DNA from: an uncultured virus (IMG/VR IMGVR_UViG_3300024351_000022)
Lineage: Duplodnaviria > Heunggongvirae > Uroviricota > Caudoviricetes
IMG/VR virus record: IMGVR_UViG_3300024351_000022
Reading direction: 5' to 3' (one strand)
DNA: 20,000 bases
How positions within the stretch are numbered: position 1 is the first letter of the stretch; each line of letters starts with the position of its first letter. Below the pieces are notes generated by a model, which was not told where the DNA came from, made no database searches, and was given only the letters and a program-made list of their open reading frames with translations. This document shows positions 15,321 through 20,000 of this stretch, piece after piece. The position numbers and the translations under genes were made by a program.

Positions 15321-15334
15321 GCCGAACGTTCGGC
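15321..15334. repeat. palindrome copy 13
   Basis: Exact core; perfect 32-bp palindrome 15312-15343; 17 nt upstream of ATG 15303. Confidence 0.95.
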
Positions 15335-15357
15335 TTGGCTGGCGGGGTTGATGGTGA

Positions 15358-16068
15358 TCAGGCGGCAGCCGCTTCGGCTTCTGCTTCGGCCGTCATGGCG
15401 GCCATGGTGGCGAGAACATCATCGACCACCTGATGGGGATCTTCCCCGGTGATGGTGGCGAGCATGACGAAAAGCCTGGAGGCGCGTGTCAGCATTTTAT
15501 TCGCGCCGACATGGTCGCGGAGTTCATTCGTCTCCGGGTCGATGAGATTGTTGAAATCATCGGTGAGACGCTGGCGGACCTTTTCGCTGGTCAGGATGAT
15601 GCCATTTTCCGGGATATCATCGACAATGAGGGCGGGCTTATCCTTTTCACTGGCGAAAAGCTTGCGGATTTCCGATGCGGGAGCGTCATCGATCACAAGG
15701 GCGACGGCTACGGGGAGAACATCATCCTTGAATTCATCCTGAAATCCCCGGCTGAGGATCTGGAGCTTGGACGACGCGGCGCGGTCGAATTGAGTCTCAG
15801 TCATCGCGATTTCACTGGCGAGGGTGGCTCTGGCGACGCGGGCAATCTCATAGACTCCCTTGAGCTTGGAAACATCGATGCCGCGATTCTTGAGATAGGT
15901 CTTGAGGTCTTTTTCGCCGATATCACCGGCCTTTTCCATGACGGCCATGGTCTTGGCGGTTTCCTTGCGGCCGGAGTCTTCGAGACGGGCGGCATTCGTG
16001 GCATGGCGGTTGACGATGCTGGCGCGTTCGTCGGCGGACAATTCGAGGAGTTGACTGGTCGTTTTCAC
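15358..16068 (-). CDS. hypothetical alpha-helical protein, first gene downstream of the repressor
   Basis: Coding-like portion of ORF 15358..16491 begins near GTG 16068 (alternative ATG 16113); the upstream part overlaps the repressor. Confidence 0.7.
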   Translation of the reverse strand: MKTTSQLLELSADERASIVNRHATNAARLEDSGRKETAKTMAVMEKAGDIGEKDLKTYLKNRGIDVSKLKGVYEIARVARATLASEIAMTETQFDRAASSKLQILSRGFQDEFKDDVLPVAVALVIDDAPASEIRKLFASEKDKPALIVDDIPENGIILTSEKVRQRLTDDFNNLIDPETNELRDHVGANKMLTRASRLFVMLATITGEDPHQVVDDVLATMAAMTAEAEAEAAAA

Positions 16069-16141
16069 GTTTCTTGGAGTTGATTTGTTAGATAGGCCGA
16101 TGGGAAAACCCATCGCTTGGCCAGTGCGATGGGAAAGCTGA

Positions 16142-16155
16142 GCCGAACGTTCGGC
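16142..16155. repeat. palindrome copy 14
   Basis: Exact core, intergenic downstream of the repressor. Confidence 0.95.
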
Positions 16156-16240
16156 TTGAGATGGAAAAGCCTTGAGTCCGCCGGGGTCGCGATTCTGAGC
16201 AAGGGCGACATGGAAGGGCGGCGGGAGCGAAGGAAGCCAA

Positions 16241-16254
16241 GCCGAACGTTCGGC
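16241..16254. repeat. palindrome copy 15
   Basis: Exact core; 22-bp palindrome 16237-16258. Confidence 0.95.
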
Positions 16255-16352
16255 TTGGGATATCCGTGAGGGCGGCGGCGCCGTGGTTGGCGCGGGTGCG
16301 TCGTGCCGTCCCCAACAAGGAGGAGTCGGCATCCGGGAGCAAACCCGCGCCC

Positions 16353-16682
16353 TCATGAGTCCAGCAAACGCCTTGCCTTTTCCAGCTCGGCGGCGGCCTT
16401 GGCGATAGCTTGGAGCGCGGCGGCGGGTTTGCCTGGGGGAGGCGAGGCGGCAGGCGGCGCGCCGTCCGGATCTTCGCCAGTCAAAAGCCATTCCATGGAG
16501 ACGCCAAGGGCGATTGATAGCCGATGGAGTTCCTCCGCCCGTGGCATGCCCGCGCCCCGGAGATATCGAGAAATAGAGGTTTGAGTCGTGTTCGCAAGGT
16601 CTGCCAATGCGACTTGGGTTAGCCCCTTGTCTTGCATCGCACTTTGGAGCATTAAACGAAAACGGTTATTTCCTGCTTGCAT
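16353..16682 (-). CDS. XRE-family HTH transcriptional regulator (cI-like repressor)
   Basis: AMQDKGLTQVALADLANTTQTSISRYLRGAGMPRAEELHRLSIALGVSMEWLLTGE; no S24 peptidase domain; start could be 16652. Confidence 0.9.
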   Translation of the reverse strand: MQAGNNRFRLMLQSAMQDKGLTQVALADLANTTQTSISRYLRGAGMPRAEELHRLSIALGVSMEWLLTGEDPDGAPPAASPPPGKPAAALQAIAKAAAELEKARRLLDS

Positions 16683-16711
16683 GCTAAGCGAAAGCGGTTA
16701 GTTGTTTTTGT

Positions 16712-17539
16712 ATGGTTACTGACTTAGTGGCTGACGGCAAGGGCAAAGCCCCGCGCCGGTTGATTGAAAAGAGAGTTGCCGTTCCCGTCGTCCTCATGAT
16801 CCAGGCGGAAGCCTTGGAGGGGGAGCCGGAGGCGGAAATCATCGCCGGGGCCATGCAATGGCTCCGCGACGACGGCCCTTGGTTTGTCGCAAAGGATATT
16901 TGCGATGCCCTCGGGCTAACCCACACGGCCAGAGCCCTTGAAAAACTGGACGAAGAGGAGTGGAACCAGATTCCACTCCTTTCCGCGGGGGGGAAACAAA
17001 TGACTTACATTGTTTCCGAGTCTGGCCTTTATGCCATGATTTTGCGGAGCGACAAACCCGCCGCCCGTGTTTTCCGGCGATGGGTGACGGCCGAGGTGCT
17101 TCCCCAGATCCGAAAAACCGGGTCTTACACCGTGCCGGGCATCCGCCCGGACGGGGCGCTGGTCAGACTCGCCCAGATCCGGGCGGAAATCCAAGCCCTC
17201 CAGGCGGAAGCAAGCCGCTTGCAGGGGAGAGCTGCCGAGGAAATCCGGGAGGCGCTGGCCCTGCCGAACGTTCGGCTTGCCCTCCCCGTGCCCGATGGGT
17301 TGGGGGAGAATCGCCCGAAGACGACAAAGCCGCGCATCGACTGGCCCGCGCACGTTGCATTGCTCCAGCCGGGCATGACGGCCCCGGAACTGACCCGCGC
17401 CATCGTTCAGGCGGAGGGCTGCCGGCATCACGCGGCAGCCTGCCGCGTGTCCCGAATGGTCCTCGATGGCCGGATCTATCGGCACCCGGAAACCCATCGC
17501 CTCTACCCAAACACCATCACCCCCAAAAACGAGCAATGA
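16712..17539 (+). CDS. BRO-N domain phage antirepressor-like protein
   Basis: PWFVAKDICDALG...IVSESGLYAMILRSDKPAARVFRRWVTAEVLPQIRKTGSY; coiled coil and possible C-terminal wHTH; start may be further downstream. Confidence 0.9.
   Translation: MVTDLVADGKGKAPRRLIEKRVAVPVVLMIQAEALEGEPEAEIIAGAMQWLRDDGPWFVAKDICDALGLTHTARALEKLDEEEWNQIPLLSAGGKQMTYIVSESGLYAMILRSDKPAARVFRRWVTAEVLPQIRKTGSYTVPGIRPDGALVRLAQIRAEIQALQAEASRLQGRAAEEIREALALPNVRLALPVPDGLGENRPKTTKPRIDWPAHVALLQPGMTAPELTRAIVQAEGCRHHAAACRVSRMVLDGRIYRHPETHRLYPNTITPKNEQ
17263..17276. repeat. palindrome copy 16
   Basis: Exact core inside the BRO gene linker (LPNVRLA). Confidence 0.95.
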
Positions 17540-17706
17540 AACGCGACGACAGCACCACCGAGAACACCCGGACACTCCGGCGACTCATGCGCGACGTTGG
17601 CAGCGCATGGATTGGCACGCGGCCGAGAGGCGAGCGGAGGGCACTCCGCGCCGTCCTCCGCCGCATGTTGGCACGGCCGAAAAAACCAGAGCAGGAGGAG
17701 CCATGA
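17536..17706 (+). CDS. small basic hypothetical protein, 56 aa
   Basis: MKRDDSTTENTRTLRR...; ATGA overlap with the BRO gene stop. Confidence 0.55.
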   Translation: MKRDDSTTENTRTLRRLMRDVGSAWIGTRPRGERRALRAVLRRMLARPKKPEQEEP

Positions 17707-17810
17707 CGGCCCCACCGAAAACCGCCTTTGGCATCGATCCCGCACAATGGCGGGAGACAGCGAGGGCGAGGGCGAAGGCCCTCAGAAACCGCAAAAAACG
17801 GCAGCAATGA
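17703..17810 (+). CDS. small basic hypothetical protein, 35 aa
   Basis: MTAPPKTAFGIDPAQW...; ATGA overlap, preceded by AGGAGGAG. Confidence 0.5.
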   Translation: MTAPPKTAFGIDPAQWRETARARAKALRNRKKRQQ

Positions 17811-17835
17811 ATCCGGGGCTTGGCTAGCCCCAACG

Positions 17836-17875
17836 AAAACCGCCCCGCGCATGGCTAGCGCGGGGCGGTTTTTTT
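17836..17875 (+). terminator. Rho-independent terminator, probably bidirectional
   Basis: AAAACCGCCCCGCGC-ATGGCTA-GCGCGGGGCGGTTTTTTT between convergent genes. Confidence 0.85.
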
Positions 17876-17915
17876 GCGGGCGGAGATGAGGTGCATCGGA
17901 TGCACCTCATCTCAC

Positions 17916-19976
17916 TTAGAGGAGCCGGGAACCGGGAGCAAAAAGCCCCGCCCCGCACGAGGCGAGCCGGGGCGATGGAGCGGCGACGCTGGCCAAATGC
18001 TCAGGAAACCACGCCCAATCCTCAGCGGCGGGGAAATCCGCCTCGCCATGGAGAGGACCGCGACCCGACCGCCACGACGACGACAGCGGCCCGACCTGGG
18101 GACGTTTAGGCCGAGCCGGGGCGGAGAGACCAGCGGCGGCGCGGAATCGATCTAGCCTGTCATCCCAAACCCCGGCCATGCCGCCGAGAGGACCGGCGCA
18201 GAGGCTGGCGGCGACATCGGGCGGGAGAGCCCCCCCGCGCAGAGCGATGGAAACCGCGTGGACCGTTGCGGAGAGCGCGGCGGCCCCTTTTTTAACCGGC
18301 CCGGAGCCTTTGCCGCCCGCTGCCGCCCTCGCCTCCAATTTGAACGCGGCAGCCCGTGCCCGCGCCACGGCCCGCCATGCGGCAGGCTCGACGCCGTGAC
18401 GTTTGCCCACTCCACCATTGGCAACCGCGACAGGATCCGAGGACGGAGCGCGACGGCCAAACGCCTCGACGGCCTCGCCCTCGCCGAGGATGGAGGAGAG
18501 AGCAGCCGAGCGGAGGAGACCAGCGGCGGCGACCTCCGAAACATCCGAGAGAGCGACGCCATCGGCCGGAGCATCCCAGCCCAGAGTCTCCCGCCCATCG
18601 CGCCCCGTGGCAACGTAAAGCCATTTGCCAGCATCCCGAGCCGACCGCCGCGAAACTTGGCGGGCGATTGCGTCGATGGACTGGCGGCGAGGATTGCGCG
18701 ACCATCCCCGCGAAACCATGTCTTGCCGCATGCGCGGCGACAGTTCCCCGCAATCGGTTGGACGAGAGCGGAGCAATGGAGACTTAAGCCAGCGAATGAA
18801 GAGCGGAACCGTGACAAAATGCGCGTGCCGATAGATCAAAGAGACCTCATCCGCCACTTGCATTCCCGCGCCCACGTCATCCCCTCCGCCGTCGGAATGC
18901 TCAGCCCAGGCGGACCGCCGCAGGCGGAGGACGTTGCCGTCCTCAGTCGTGACCCGCTCCCGAGCAGGGAGCGCAAATTTTGCCGCGTGCTTGAGCAGCC
19001 AAACGTCCGCCATGGACTCCGCCCGACGAGTCGCCCGGCGGAAAATCCCAGCGGCGAGGGGATCACCGACGCGATGGGAGAGCGGCCGGAACGGACCGAG
19101 GAGAGGACCGACAGCCCCGACAGCATCCACCCTCGCCGCAATAGCGGCCCGGCCATCCGGCGACGCCACCCAGGCGGAGCGGCGACGGGCGGCGAGCTTT
19201 GCCCGCTGGCGAGACTCCGCCCGAGCGGCGACCGCCTCAGCCGTTGCCATGGCCTCCGCCTCCCGTGCCCGGCGATTGATCCGGCGGACCTCAGAGGCCC
19301 GAGCCACGCCCCCAGGTGAGCGGGAGGAGATCCGAGCGGCGGCGGCGGCCCGCCGCATCGCCTCGCCCTCAGCGGCGGCGGCGGCGATGGCCGACAAAAC
19401 CCCGCCGCCCGTTGCGACCAGGACAGCGGAAAGCAGCCCGCCCCCCGAGACAGCGACGGCGGAGAGGCGGACCGCCTCAACCCGACGAGCAACGACGCGA
19501 GAGGCAGCGGACCACCACCGACCAGGCGAGGACGAGCCCCGAGCCCCCGACAGCAGGCGAGGAGCCACCCCAGCCCACGCGGCGGCCGTTGCCCCCGCTA
19601 CAATCGCCGCGACAGCGGCGGACTCATCCGCCTCCCAGGCGGCAGCCTCATCCCTCGCCGCGACAGCGGCGGACTGTTTTTCCGCCTCCTCAGCACAGAG
19701 GGCAGGACCGAGCGGAAGCGGAGGGGCGGACCGCGCCGCCCCGTGCCCGCTGTCACGCGTGACGGCATGCGACCAGGAGACCACCGCGCCAGCGGTGAGC
19801 ATGGTCCCCCGCCGCGCAGCGGCGCACGATTCGACGAGACAGGGAGCGGCGAATCGTGCGCCGCGCCGCATGCCGCCCTCTACAATCGCCCGAGCCCGCG
19901 CCCCGAGGTTGCGTGACTCAGTACATTTTACGGCCTCCCATGAGGCCCCGACGGTGTTTTGTTGCAGTGTATTCAT
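17916..19976 (-). CDS. large Ala/Arg-rich hypothetical protein
   Basis: 686-codon ORF with ATG start, many GNN codons, converging on the terminator; no recognisable domain. Confidence 0.5.
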   Translation of the reverse strand: MNTLQQNTVGASWEAVKCTESRNLGARARAIVEGGMRRGARFAAPCLVESCAAARRGTMLTAGAVVSWSHAVTRDSGHGAARSAPPLPLGPALCAEEAEKQSAAVAARDEAAAWEADESAAVAAIVAGATAAAWAGVAPRLLSGARGSSSPGRWWSAASRVVARRVEAVRLSAVAVSGGGLLSAVLVATGGGVLSAIAAAAAEGEAMRRAAAAARISSRSPGGVARASEVRRINRRAREAEAMATAEAVAARAESRQRAKLAARRRSAWVASPDGRAAIAARVDAVGAVGPLLGPFRPLSHRVGDPLAAGIFRRATRRAESMADVWLLKHAAKFALPARERVTTEDGNVLRLRRSAWAEHSDGGGDDVGAGMQVADEVSLIYRHAHFVTVPLFIRWLKSPLLRSRPTDCGELSPRMRQDMVSRGWSRNPRRQSIDAIARQVSRRSARDAGKWLYVATGRDGRETLGWDAPADGVALSDVSEVAAAGLLRSAALSSILGEGEAVEAFGRRAPSSDPVAVANGGVGKRHGVEPAAWRAVARARAAAFKLEARAAAGGKGSGPVKKGAAALSATVHAVSIALRGGALPPDVAASLCAGPLGGMAGVWDDRLDRFRAAAGLSAPARPKRPQVGPLSSSWRSGRGPLHGEADFPAAEDWAWFPEHLASVAAPSPRLASCGAGLFAPGSRLL

Positions 19977-20000
19977 CGCTTAGTGCCGGTAGCCTACCGG

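Noticed and set aside
2917..17276. CRISPR array interpretation of the palindromic repeats
   Set aside because: Spacing is irregular (about 0.1-2.7 kb), the core is only 14 bp, copies lie inside genes and no cas genes are visible
2917..17276. LexA/SOS (Cheo) box interpretation
   Set aside because: Shares CGAAC/GTTCG half-sites but lacks the required 4-bp spacer (GAAC-N4-GTTC)

Overview
GC-rich phage- or prophage-like (possibly ICE-like) early/accessory region. From about 16.1 kb down to position 1 a tightly packed minus-strand gene array encodes many small hypothetical proteins plus a DEDDh 3'-5' exonuclease, a ParB-family protein, a stand-alone CapW/BrxR-like winged helix, an SNF2 helicase, an N6-adenine methyltransferase and DUF2786 and DUF2958 proteins. 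It is headed by a divergent XRE repressor / BRO-N antirepressor switch at 16.35-17.54 kb. The most striking unexplained signal is a perfect 14-bp palindrome, GCCGAACGTTCGGC (usually AGCCGAACGTTCGGCTTGG), found 16 times between 2.9 and 17.3 kb. Copies sit just upstream of start codons and also in frame inside genes, and the window encodes several candidate binders (ParB, XRE, wHTH). Two copies bracket a ~430-nt hairpin-dense segment (13.10-13.53 kb) with GNRA and UNCG tetraloops on the minus strand, which looks like a structured ncRNA. A ~150-bp direct repeat containing the palindrome flanks a two-gene cassette. Family assignments come from recognising motifs by eye, not from database searches.
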